A DNA stretch of 34,782 bases, from positions 1-34,782 of the IMG/VR virus record IMGVR_UViG_3300020239_000010. One strand, 5' to 3'. The position numbers and the translations under genes are program-made. The notes under the pieces were generated by a model. It was not told the DNA's origin and ran no database searches. It saw only the letters and a list, made by a program, of their open reading frames with translations. The DNA comes from a virus (lineage: Duplodnaviria > Caudoviricetes). This document shows positions 8,881 to 16,697 of the stretch, in pieces. Position 1 is the stretch's first letter, and each line of letters opens with the position of its first letter.

Positions 8881-9128
8881 AAGTCTGGGACTTCATCCGC
8901 GATCAAGAACTTAATTATCACCTTGGCAATGCTATTAAATATATTTGCAGAGCCGGTTTCAAAGGTGATAACACAAAGACTGCCGACCTTAAAAAGGCTA
9001 TCCACTATCTTGAAAATGAACTGCTACATACACCCGAGCCTCATGGATCAAGCGGACCAGTTCCGCTTCGCCTACGGCGTCCCGAATGGGGCGAACATGA
9101 GAAGGACTCAGAAGTCTTTGATCGATGA
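8841..9128 (+). CDS. DUF3310 / T7 gp1.7-like protein (putative nucleotide kinase domain)
   Basis: SPTHY..G.IEVWDFI, LGNAIKYICRAG.K, DLKKAIHYL signature; GTG start. Confidence 0.8.
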   Translation: MAQSPTHYTRGNIEVWDFIRDQELNYHLGNAIKYICRAGFKGDNTKTADLKKAIHYLENELLHTPEPHGSSGPVPLRLRRPEWGEHEKDSEVFDR

Positions 9129-9384
9129 AGAATGGTCTGAGTTTCACGAGGCTTATCACTTCGAGGATGAAGAACATCAGCTCAAAGAATTAGCTGACCT
9201 CGTATATGTATGTTTTCAATTCGCCGCGTCCCAAGAATGGGACCTGGACGAAGCGATGATCAGAGTTCATGAATCGAACATGTCAAAACTTGGTGAAGAT
9301 GGTAAGCCCATCTACCGAGACGACGGCAAGGTCCTGAAGGGACCGAACTATAAACCACCTCATCTTTCTGATCTAGTTAAATGA
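9016..9384 (+). CDS. MazG-like / all-alpha NTP pyrophosphohydrolase
   Basis: LIDEEWSEF...LKELADLVYV (EExxE...ELAD), VHESNMSK, GKVLKGPNY. Start 9016 or 9043. Confidence 0.85.
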   Translation: MNCYIHPSLMDQADQFRFAYGVPNGANMRRTQKSLIDEEWSEFHEAYHFEDEEHQLKELADLVYVCFQFAASQEWDLDEAMIRVHESNMSKLGEDGKPIYRDDGKVLKGPNYKPPHLSDLVK

Positions 9385-10760
9385 CCACCGCATCTTATAT
9401 CTCAAGGACTGGCCGTGTTCAGTCCTGGCTTGACGACCCCACCTCCCGCCTACCTGTCAGCTGCACAGTATTTGTTGTCCAAGACTCAATGGAGGGTCCC
9501 AATGGAATCGAGGCGAGCTGGAGATTTGTATCACATGCTCTACGTTTCGGAGCAGGTTGCGCGGTCCACTTGTCGGAACTGCGACCCCGAGGTGAAGAGA
9601 ATGGAAAAGGACTGGTTGCATCTGGACCAGTCTCCTTCGCTAAAATCTACTCAACACTAAATGAAATCCTTCGTCGCGGGGGTGTCTACAAGAACGGTGC
9701 TGTGGTCTGTCACCTCGACCTTTGCCACAGCGATGCTCGTGAGTTTATTAGTACTCCTCGATCCGAACTTCCTTGGGTCAAGCGATGCATCAACATCACA
9801 GAAGATTGGTGGGAGAGGTGTTCGTTTAAGGAGGAACTCCTCTTCGCTATTAAATCGGGAGACGTCTGGCTCAACAAAGTAAAGTATGACAATGAAGGAA
9901 AACGCATCCGAGGGAACGTTTGTCTTGAAGTGTACCTGCCCTCACGAGGTACCTGTCTTTTACAACATATCAATCTCTCTGCCTGTGAATATGACGACAT
10001 TCCAAGAGCTTTCACTGAAGGGATGTCGCAACTGTGCGAACTCCATGGTCGAACTGGGGTTGGCGATTCAGGAGAATATCTGCCAAGCGATACCGACCGA
10101 CAAGTCGGACTCGGAATGCTTGGACTCGCAAATCTCCTACGGAGGTACGGCATAACCTATGAGCAATTCGGAGTTGCTCTGGACAACTTCAATGCAGGAG
10201 AAGTGGTACGCACACCAGCTTATGAATTGGTGTCTGCCATTGCCTCTGGCGTTAATGCTGCCGCCGAAATTGCTCGTGCTAATAATATGGTTCGAGCCTT
10301 TGCTATCGCGCCCACTGCCTCCTGCAGTTATCGAAGCACAGATCTGGATGGCTTTACTAGCACACCAGAAATCGCTCCGCCTATCAGCCGGACGGTAGAC
10401 CGCGACAGCGGAACGTTCGGGGTACAAACATATAACTATGGCGATGTAGAAATCGCCAGCGAAGTCGGTTGGGAAAACTACAAGCGTGTTGCCGATGGCA
10501 TCATGACTCTTCTCAATCGCACTGGGCTTCTTCATGGGTATAGCTTCAACAGTTGGAGTGATGTTGTCACGTATGACAACGCCTTTATCGAGGAGTGGCT
10601 TGCAAGCCCCCAGACTTCTCTTTACTACAGCCTGCAAGTAATGGGCGACGTACAAGACAAGTCAAGTGCATACGCTGCATTGGATGAAGACGACGTCAAC
10701 GATTACTTGGCAGGTCTCCTCGAACCAGAGGAAGAACTTACCTGTGACTGTCAAGAATGA
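9381..10760 (+). CDS. nrdA: Ribonucleotide reductase large subunit (compact cyanopodophage type)
   Basis: PVSCT, GNVCLE (N-x-C-x-E catalytic loop), TCLL, AIAPTASCS, SLYY tyrosine pair, C-terminal CDC. Confidence 0.9.
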   Translation: MTTASYISRTGRVQSWLDDPTSRLPVSCTVFVVQDSMEGPNGIEASWRFVSHALRFGAGCAVHLSELRPRGEENGKGLVASGPVSFAKIYSTLNEILRRGGVYKNGAVVCHLDLCHSDAREFISTPRSELPWVKRCINITEDWWERCSFKEELLFAIKSGDVWLNKVKYDNEGKRIRGNVCLEVYLPSRGTCLLQHINLSACEYDDIPRAFTEGMSQLCELHGRTGVGDSGEYLPSDTDRQVGLGMLGLANLLRRYGITYEQFGVALDNFNAGEVVRTPAYELVSAIASGVNAAAEIARANNMVRAFAIAPTASCSYRSTDLDGFTSTPEIAPPISRTVDRDSGTFGVQTYNYGDVEIASEVGWENYKRVADGIMTLLNRTGLLHGYSFNSWSDVVTYDNAFIEEWLASPQTSLYYSLQVMGDVQDKSSAYAALDEDDVNDYLAGLLEPEEELTCDCQE

Positions 10761-11470
10761 ATCCGTACGAAAAACTACTCAATCGAAAAAGAAAATGGAC
10801 TCCTGTACAAACGACAGCAGGAGCGTGCAAAGAAGGTGCAGAGCAGGCGATCTACCGCGCACTCGCCATGCGTCATATGGAACTTCCCGTTGGAGACTTC
10901 ATCAATGACGCTCTCGCCTCTGACGTACCGAGCAATGCACGGGACGTCCTACTGTCCAATGTCAAAGACGAAGAGAATCACGACATCGCACTTGGTTACA
11001 TCGCCAATGCTTACGGCGTTGATGAACAAGCTGAAGCGGAAGCCCTACGGCTTAAGTCCGCGTGGGAGGCACATCCAGATCACACGATTACCAAGGCACT
11101 TGTTGCCGAGCGTGCGATCTTCTTCGTTCTTCTACCATTCTTTCGCTTTAATGGTGACGCTGGGATGAGAACCGTTTCAGCGGACATCTCACGAGACGAA
11201 CAGATCCATGTGGCGGTGAACTCACTGGCACATACCGAGCTGGGTTACAACATCAGCCCGTCTCTGGACAAGCTTCGCAAAGCCACAATCAACTGGGTGA
11301 TGCAACCCTTGGGTAATCACGCAGACAAATATCTGAACAAACAATTCTGGCTCGATTCCAGCGATCGACTCATGTACGAGGGCAAAGCACCTCAACTGGT
11401 TGAGACCAAAGCTGCTCGGATGCCAGCGTTCTTCGAGCACTCGAATGTCAATCTCCCCCAATACGCTTAA
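10757..11470 (+). CDS. nrdB: Ribonucleotide reductase small subunit (ferritin-like di-metal protein)
   Basis: Two ExxH motifs (DEENH, RDEQIH), coupled directly to the large subunit, C-terminal Tyr. Confidence 0.75.
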   Translation: MNPYEKLLNRKRKWTPVQTTAGACKEGAEQAIYRALAMRHMELPVGDFINDALASDVPSNARDVLLSNVKDEENHDIALGYIANAYGVDEQAEAEALRLKSAWEAHPDHTITKALVAERAIFFVLLPFFRFNGDAGMRTVSADISRDEQIHVAVNSLAHTELGYNISPSLDKLRKATINWVMQPLGNHADKYLNKQFWLDSSDRLMYEGKAPQLVETKAARMPAFFEHSNVNLPQYA

Positions 11471-11627
11471 GTTCCAGTACGAAAAACTGGACATGATTAA
11501 AACTCGGCTTGCGGAAGCTTTCCCTGCCGAGCCAATCAAACCTACAGATCTACCACCCGACATCTACTACAGGGCTGGTCAAGCCAGTGTTGTTTCTTTT
11601 ATCAACCAACTCATAGATGAAGACTAA
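11445..11627 (+). CDS. Small conserved protein preceding the virion module
   Basis: L.EAFP...IYYRAGQASVV motif typical of T7-like marine phages at this position. Confidence 0.7.
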   Translation: MSISPNTLKFQYEKLDMIKTRLAEAFPAEPIKPTDLPPDIYYRAGQASVVSFINQLIDED

Positions 11628-11893
11628 TGTGTGTAAACATTGCAAGCTTGTTGGGCTTTCAACCTGAGACACCAAAAGCTCCAAAGCTTCCTCCTATCCA
11701 GAAGGAATTACCCAAGCAGCCAAAGGAGCGTCCAACGCCTGAAGCTCTAACACCCAAAGACGAAAAACCAAAGGTAGACTTTGCCAAGAAAATGTCTGTC
11801 AAGCAGGCTAAAAGAATTGGTGCAGACAGTCTCAAGGTTCCCCTCCAGCAACAGGCATCTGGTGGCAGCACTGGAGGACTAAATGTCCCATAA
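11627..11893 (+). CDS. Small Pro/Lys-rich virion assembly protein (gp6.7/gp7.3-like position)
   Basis: MC start, Pro-rich, ends SLKVPL...GGLNV, immediately before the portal. Confidence 0.7.
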   Translation: MCVNIASLLGFQPETPKAPKLPPIQKELPKQPKERPTPEALTPKDEKPKVDFAKKMSVKQAKRIGADSLKVPLQQQASGGSTGGLNVP

Positions 11894-13469
11894 CGCGAAA
11901 GAACGGTACAGTCAACTGTCATCTGACAGGCATCAATTCCTTGACACAGCAGTTGAGTGTTCTGAACTGACGCTGCCTCACCTTATTACTGACGACCTAC
12001 GTGTTCGTCAAAACCACAAGAGGCTGATTACGCCATGGCAATCCGTCGGTGCAAAGTCAGTTGTCACTCTCGCAGCCAAGCTTATGCTTGCGCTGCTACC
12101 TCCCCAAACCTCGTTCTTCAAACTGCAAGTACGAGATGACAAGTTGGGAGAAGAACTTCCAGCAGAAGTTAGAAGTGAACTTGACCTGTCCTTTTCCAAA
12201 ATGGAAAGGATGGTTATGGACAAAATCGCTGCTTCAAGTGATCGTGTCGTAGTTCACCAGGCTCTCAAGCACCTGATCGTAGGCGGAAACGCCTTGGTCT
12301 TTATGGGTAAAGATGGCCTCAAAAACTTTCCTCTCAATCGCTACGTAGTTAGCCGTGATGGCAATGGCTACGTCTGTGAGATCGTGACTAAAGAGCTTGT
12401 CAATCGCAAGCTGCTCGGCATTGACCCCATGCCTGACCCTAACTCTGCGTCAGGTAAAACTAACAATGATGGCGATGCTGAGGTCTATACATATGTACGT
12501 CGTCAAGATAATGGCGGCTGGATCTGGCACCAGGAAGTCGATGACATGATCATCGAAGGCTCTCGCAGTACAGCTCCTAAAGACGCAAGCCCCTGGCTGG
12601 TCCTCCGCTTCAACGCTGTTGATGGTGAGGACTATGGACGTGGACGTGTTGAAGAGTTCTTGGGTGACCTGCGGTCTCTCGAAGCTCTTAGCCAGGCATT
12701 GATCGAAGGCAGTGCAGCAGCAGCAAAGGTGGTGTTCCTTGTGAACCCGGCTGCTACTACCAAGCCACAGACCATTGCTAAGGCTGGCAACGGTGCAATC
12801 GTGCAGGGCCGACCGGAAGACGTGAGTGTTGTCCAGGTTGGCAAAACTGCGGACTTTGCTACTGCCTCACAGATGGCACAGCAGATCGAGCGACGCCTTG
12901 GTGAAGCCTTCCTGCTGCTAAACATCCGTCAGTCAGAACGTACAACTGCTGAAGAAGTACGCCTTACTCAGCTCGAACTTGAGCAACAACTTGGCGGCCT
13001 GTTCAGTCTGCTGACTGTTGAGTTCCTGAAGCCTTACTTGGCTCGGACCTTGATGGTTATGCAGCGTAGCGGACAGCTTCCCAAGATCCCCAAAGACTAT
13101 GTCCAGCCACAGATCGTGGCAGGTGTGAATGCACTTGGACGTGGACAAGACCGAGAGAGCTTGACTGCTTTCATCGGAACCATTGCCCAGACCCTTGGAC
13201 CTGAGGCGCTGATGAAGTTCATCGACGCTAGCGAAGCAATCAAACGCCTCGCTGCTGCACAAGGTATTGACGTATTGAACCTGGTCAAGACACCGCAGCA
13301 GATGCAGCAAGAGATGCAGCAAATGCAAGCTGCTGCACAACAGCAAGCGTTGGTTGATCAAGCTGGTCAACTGATGTCAAACCCCTTGATGGATCCGTCT
13401 AAGAACCCTGCGGCTGGTCAGATCTCTGAACAAATCGCCCAACAACAACAACCACCCACCGATGGCTGA
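11883..13469 (+). CDS. Portal / head-to-tail connector (gp8 homologue)
   Basis: PWQSVGAK, LALLPP..SFFKL, GEDYGRGRVEE, ERTTAEEVR, LGGLFSLL motifs. Confidence 0.97.
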   Translation: MSHNAKERYSQLSSDRHQFLDTAVECSELTLPHLITDDLRVRQNHKRLITPWQSVGAKSVVTLAAKLMLALLPPQTSFFKLQVRDDKLGEELPAEVRSELDLSFSKMERMVMDKIAASSDRVVVHQALKHLIVGGNALVFMGKDGLKNFPLNRYVVSRDGNGYVCEIVTKELVNRKLLGIDPMPDPNSASGKTNNDGDAEVYTYVRRQDNGGWIWHQEVDDMIIEGSRSTAPKDASPWLVLRFNAVDGEDYGRGRVEEFLGDLRSLEALSQALIEGSAAAAKVVFLVNPAATTKPQTIAKAGNGAIVQGRPEDVSVVQVGKTADFATASQMAQQIERRLGEAFLLLNIRQSERTTAEEVRLTQLELEQQLGGLFSLLTVEFLKPYLARTLMVMQRSGQLPKIPKDYVQPQIVAGVNALGRGQDRESLTAFIGTIAQTLGPEALMKFIDASEAIKRLAAAQGIDVLNLVKTPQQMQQEMQQMQAAAQQQALVDQAGQLMSNPLMDPSKNPAAGQISEQIAQQQQPPTDG

Positions 13470-14217
13470 AACTTATACGTATGACAACTCACCTGACTCA
13501 GAAGTTCTAACCGCAGAGGAGCAAGACTCCCTTGAGGTAGGTAAACAACTTAGAGCAGAGCAGGAAAACCTGCTGGCTGGTAAGTACAAAGATGCACAAG
13601 AGCTAGAGTCTGCTTACCTTGAGCTTCAAAAGAAGCTTGGTGAAAACAAAGAAGAACCTGCAGAAGAACCTGAGCCTGAGGAACCTGAAAGCAATCCTAA
13701 TGTGGACATGCTTACCTCAGCTTCTCAAGAATATGCAGAGAAAGGTGAGATGTCCAAGGAGACATTTGAGTCTCTTAAAAACATGAGCAGTGAGGATCTT
13801 CTCAATGCTTACATCGAGATGCAAAAGGGCAACACCGTTGCACCTCCTGTTGAATTGAATGACTCTGACATCAGTGACCTTAAGTCATCGGTTGGAGGTG
13901 ATGAAGCTTACGACCAACTTACTGGCTGGGCTTCTGAGTCTCTTTCCGATGCAGAACTTGACGCCTTTAATGCAACCGTTGAAAACGGAACAAAGGCTCA
14001 AATTCAAATGATGCTGTCTGGCATCAAAGCCCGCTATGAATCAGAGAATGGATATGAAGGTCGGCAGTTGCAGGGCAAACCGCCCAGCGATGCTGGTGAT
14101 ACCTTCCGCAGTCAAGCTGAACTTATTGCAGCAATCAATGACCCACGGTATGACCGTGACCCTGCATACAGGAACGACGTCCTGATGAAGCTTGAAAGAT
14201 CTGACCGACAATTCTAA
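13462..14217 (+). CDS. Capsid scaffolding protein (gp9 homologue)
   Basis: Acidic; LLAGKYK..ELE.AY.ELQKKLG, VGG.EAY, DPRY..DPAYR. Confidence 0.93.
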   Translation: MAETYTYDNSPDSEVLTAEEQDSLEVGKQLRAEQENLLAGKYKDAQELESAYLELQKKLGENKEEPAEEPEPEEPESNPNVDMLTSASQEYAEKGEMSKETFESLKNMSSEDLLNAYIEMQKGNTVAPPVELNDSDISDLKSSVGGDEAYDQLTGWASESLSDAELDAFNATVENGTKAQIQMMLSGIKARYESENGYEGRQLQGKPPSDAGDTFRSQAELIAAINDPRYDRDPAYRNDVLMKLERSDRQF

Positions 14218-14408
14218 TGACCACCGTAACTGAAGACAGGGGTCGAATAAACCTCTACGCAAAAGAACCACCCATGGAGATTATCGACGTGTACGAAACA
14301 CACAATGAAAAGGCTGAGAAGCTTAATGGCCGTGTTGCTATGCTTGGCATCATGGCGGCTCTTGGTGCTTATGCAATCACTGGTCAAATTATCCCCGGAG
14401 TTTGGTAA
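14217..14408 (+). CDS. hli: High-light-inducible protein
   Basis: AEKLNGRVAMLG chlorophyll-binding motif and TGQIIPG C-terminus. Confidence 0.95.
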   Translation: MTTVTEDRGRINLYAKEPPMEIIDVYETHNEKAEKLNGRVAMLGIMAALGAYAITGQIIPGVW

Positions 14409-14527
14409 TGCCTGGACATTACGGATCCAAAAAACCTGCCGCTAAAAAAGCTGCAGCAAAGATGAAGAGCAAAGGTGTGCCTGCCTCTGTGCGTAAGGCC
14501 ATCGTCAAAAACATGAAGAAGAAGTGA
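14408..14527 (+). CDS. 39-aa Lys/Ala-rich basic protein
   Basis: Manual read MPGHYGSKKPAAKKAAAKMKSKGVPASVRKAIVKNMKKK; TAATG coupling with hli; fills the gap exactly. Confidence 0.7.
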   Translation: MPGHYGSKKPAAKKAAAKMKSKGVPASVRKAIVKNMKKK

Positions 14528-14528
14528 C

Positions 14529-14786
14529 ATGGCACGTAAGAAGGTCCGCAAAAAGAATGTCAGTCTGAAGATTGGCAAACATAAATCTCGCTCCGGTGGC
14601 TTGACAAAAGCTGGCCGTGAGAAATACAATAGAGAGACAGGATCAAAGCTTAAGGCTCCTCAGCCTGGCGGTGGTCCACGTAAGCGGTCCTTCTGCGCTC
14701 GCATGTCTGGTGTTAAAGGACCAATGAAAGATAGCAAGGGTCGTCCTACACGAAAGGCTCTTGCACTACGCAAATGGAAATGCTAA
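14529..14786 (+). CDS. 85-aa highly basic phage protein (possibly DUF6321-like)
   Basis: GGLTKAGREKYNRETGSKLKAP...RKRSFCARM...ALRKWKC, a family recalled from marine phages. Confidence 0.8.
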   Translation: MARKKVRKKNVSLKIGKHKSRSGGLTKAGREKYNRETGSKLKAPQPGGGPRKRSFCARMSGVKGPMKDSKGRPTRKALALRKWKC

Positions 14787-14787
14787 C

Positions 14788-14943
14788 ATGGCTGCAAAAC
14801 GAGGTCTTTACGCAAACATCCACGCTAAGCGCAAGCGCATTGCTGCTGGCAGTGGTGAAAAAATGAGAAAGCCTGGTAGTAAAGGAGCACCTACCAAAGC
14901 TAATTTTACCCGCTCCGCTAAAACTGCTAAAAAGAAAAAGTAA
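14788..14943 (+). CDS. 51-aa highly basic phage protein
   Basis: MAAKRGLYANIHAKRKRIAAGSGEKMRKPGSKGAPT.ANF..SAKTAK; ATG at 14788. Confidence 0.8.
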   Translation: MAAKRGLYANIHAKRKRIAAGSGEKMRKPGSKGAPTKANFTRSAKTAKKKK

Positions 14944-14950
14944 CACACAC

Positions 14951-15295
14951 ATGAAATCTATTATCGCTTCCGGTCTCCTCCTCGGCATGGCACATGGTGC
15001 CGCTATTGCTGGTCCCTACGTGAACGTGGAATCCAACTCCTCTTACACCGGCTCTGACTACACCGGTACTGCTACTGATGTCCACTATGGATATGAAGGT
15101 GACAACTGGTATGTCCAGGGAGGTACTACTCTCCTGGCTCCTGATGCTGGAGATGGTTCTGTGGAGCTGTCCGGTAAGGCTGGTGGTTCCTACTCTTTGA
15201 GTGAAGAGCTGTCTCTGTACGGTGAAGTGTCCTTCATGGGCGGTGATCCTGACAACTCCTATGGCACCAAGATCGGTGCTAAGTATTCCTTCTGA
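14951..15295 (+). CDS. Secreted small outer-membrane beta-barrel-like protein
   Basis: Signal peptide (MKSIIASGLLLGMAHGAAIA), alternating amphipathic strands, C-terminal beta-signal-like YGTKIGAKYSF. Confidence 0.7.
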   Translation: MKSIIASGLLLGMAHGAAIAGPYVNVESNSSYTGSDYTGTATDVHYGYEGDNWYVQGGTTLLAPDAGDGSVELSGKAGGSYSLSEELSLYGEVSFMGGDPDNSYGTKIGAKYSF

Positions 15296-15304
15296 TTTAC
15301 ACAC

Positions 15305-15393
15305 AGCCCGCCACTGGACGTGAGCCTTGGGCGGGCTTCATTAAAGTGCTCAAATACATACCCTTGGAAACATTTAACCCGCACTTTTAATGA
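15305..15393 (+). promoter_or_regulatory. Structured psbA 5' leader (two stem-loops, the second pairing the start codon)
   Basis: AGCCCGCC 15305-12 / GGCGGGCT 15330-37; TCATTAAAGTGC 15338-49 / GCACTTTTAATGA 15381-93. Confidence 0.55.
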
Positions 15394-16466
15394 CCGCTGT
15401 ACTTCAACAACAACAGAGGTCTACCTGGGATGAGTTTTGCTCCTGGGTAACCTCTACTAACAATCGACTTTATGTTGGCTGGTTTGGTATCCTCATGATC
15501 CCAACCCTGCTGGCTGCTACTATTTGTTTCGTAACTGCATTTATTGCAGCACCACCTGTAGACATCGATGGAATCAGAGAACCAGTCGCAGGATCCCTCC
15601 TGTACGGAAACAACATCATATCGGGAGCCGTCGTTCCGAGCAGCAATGCCATCGGACTACACTTCTACCCAATTTGGGAAGCTGCTACACTTGATGAATG
15701 GCTCTACAACGGGGGTCCATTCCAGCTTGTCGTTTTCCACTTCCTCATTGGCATCTATTCTTACATGGGACGAGAGTGGGAACTTAGCTATCGACTAGGT
15801 ATGCGCCCCTGGATCTTCGTCGCTTACTCTGCACCTGTTGCAGCAGCGAGTGCCGTCTTTCTGGTGTATCCCTTCGGACAAGGATCTTTCTCTGATGCAA
15901 TGCCGCTCGGCATTTCAGGTACCTTTAATTATATGTTTGTCTTTCAGGCAGAGCATAACATCCTTATGCATCCATTCCATATGCTGGGAGTTGCTGGAGT
16001 CTTCGGTGGCTCTCTATTCTCTGCTATGCATGGTAGCCTGGTTACCTCCTCACTTATCCGTGAGACTACTGAAGAAGTAAGCCAAAACTATGGTTACAAA
16101 TTCGGACAAGAGGAAGAGACTTACAACATTGTTGCCGCTCATGGTTATTTTGGTCGTCTTATCTTCCAGTACGCCAGCTTCAACAATAGTCGTAGTCTGC
16201 ATTTCTTCCTGGCTGCTTGGCCTGTGGTTGGCATCTGGTTCACTGCGCTAGGTGTTAGCACTATGGCTTTCAACCTGAATGGATTTAACTTCAACCAATC
16301 CATCCAAGACCGTGAAGGTCACGTTATCAATACGTGGGCGGACATCCTGAACCGAGCTGGTCTCGGCATGGAGGTCATGCACGAACGCAACGCCCACAAC
16401 TTCCCGCTTGACTTGGCTGCTGCTGAGACCACCCCTGTGGCTTTGACTGCACCAGCAATCGGCTAA
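15390..16466 (+). CDS. psbA: Photosystem II reaction centre D1 protein
   Basis: Unmistakable D1 sequence ([50 protein letters not shown]); uninterrupted. Confidence 0.99.
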   Translation: MTAVLQQQQRSTWDEFCSWVTSTNNRLYVGWFGILMIPTLLAATICFVTAFIAAPPVDIDGIREPVAGSLLYGNNIISGAVVPSSNAIGLHFYPIWEAATLDEWLYNGGPFQLVVFHFLIGIYSYMGREWELSYRLGMRPWIFVAYSAPVAAASAVFLVYPFGQGSFSDAMPLGISGTFNYMFVFQAEHNILMHPFHMLGVAGVFGGSLFSAMHGSLVTSSLIRETTEEVSQNYGYKFGQEEETYNIVAAHGYFGRLIFQYASFNNSRSLHFFLAAWPVVGIWFTALGVSTMAFNLNGFNFNQSIQDREGHVINTWADILNRAGLGMEVMHERNAHNFPLDLAAAETTPVALTAPAIG

Positions 16467-16477
16467 TCATTTTCGTA

Positions 16478-16680
16478 CGTTCATCCTATGTTTGACATCC
16501 GAGTAGATGATGGTGGTGCACGTATTATTCGTGACGCCCTAAGAGAATACAAACGAACCTGGTCTGGTGGTCATCCACAAGAACAGATTGATATTGAGTT
16601 CTTAGAAACACAGTTTACCAAAATGGTACTCGAAGCAACATTGGACGCATGATCGCCTAAGCATGGAACGGGGCTTAGGT
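16478..16680 (+). ncRNA. Glutamine-II (Downstream-peptide) riboswitch with a greatly expanded P2 loop
   Basis: CGTTCA-TCC (16478-86) ... GGA-CGCA-TGAT-CG-CCTAAGC-AT-GGAACG-GG-GCTTAGG (16643-79). P1 CGTTC/GAACG, P2 TCC/GGA, pseudoknot CCTAAGC/GCTTAGG; sits just upstream of a YRG peptide ORF. Confidence 0.8.
16488..16652 (+). CDS. 54-aa hypothetical protein nested inside the riboswitch
   Basis: Manual read MFDIRVDDGGARIIRDALREYKRTWSGGHPQEQIDIEFLETQFTKMVLEATLDA; strand-helix-WxGGxPxEQ-helix pattern that I recall from small cyanophage proteins. Confidence 0.7.
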   Translation: MFDIRVDDGGARIIRDALREYKRTWSGGHPQEQIDIEFLETQFTKMVLEATLDA

Positions 16681-16697
16681 TTATTCCTGTACGAACT

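Noticed and set aside
15390-16466. Intron or atypical (rogue) D1 in psbA
   Set aside because: The ORF is continuous, 358 aa, with the normal C-terminal ligand region ([13 protein letters not shown]).
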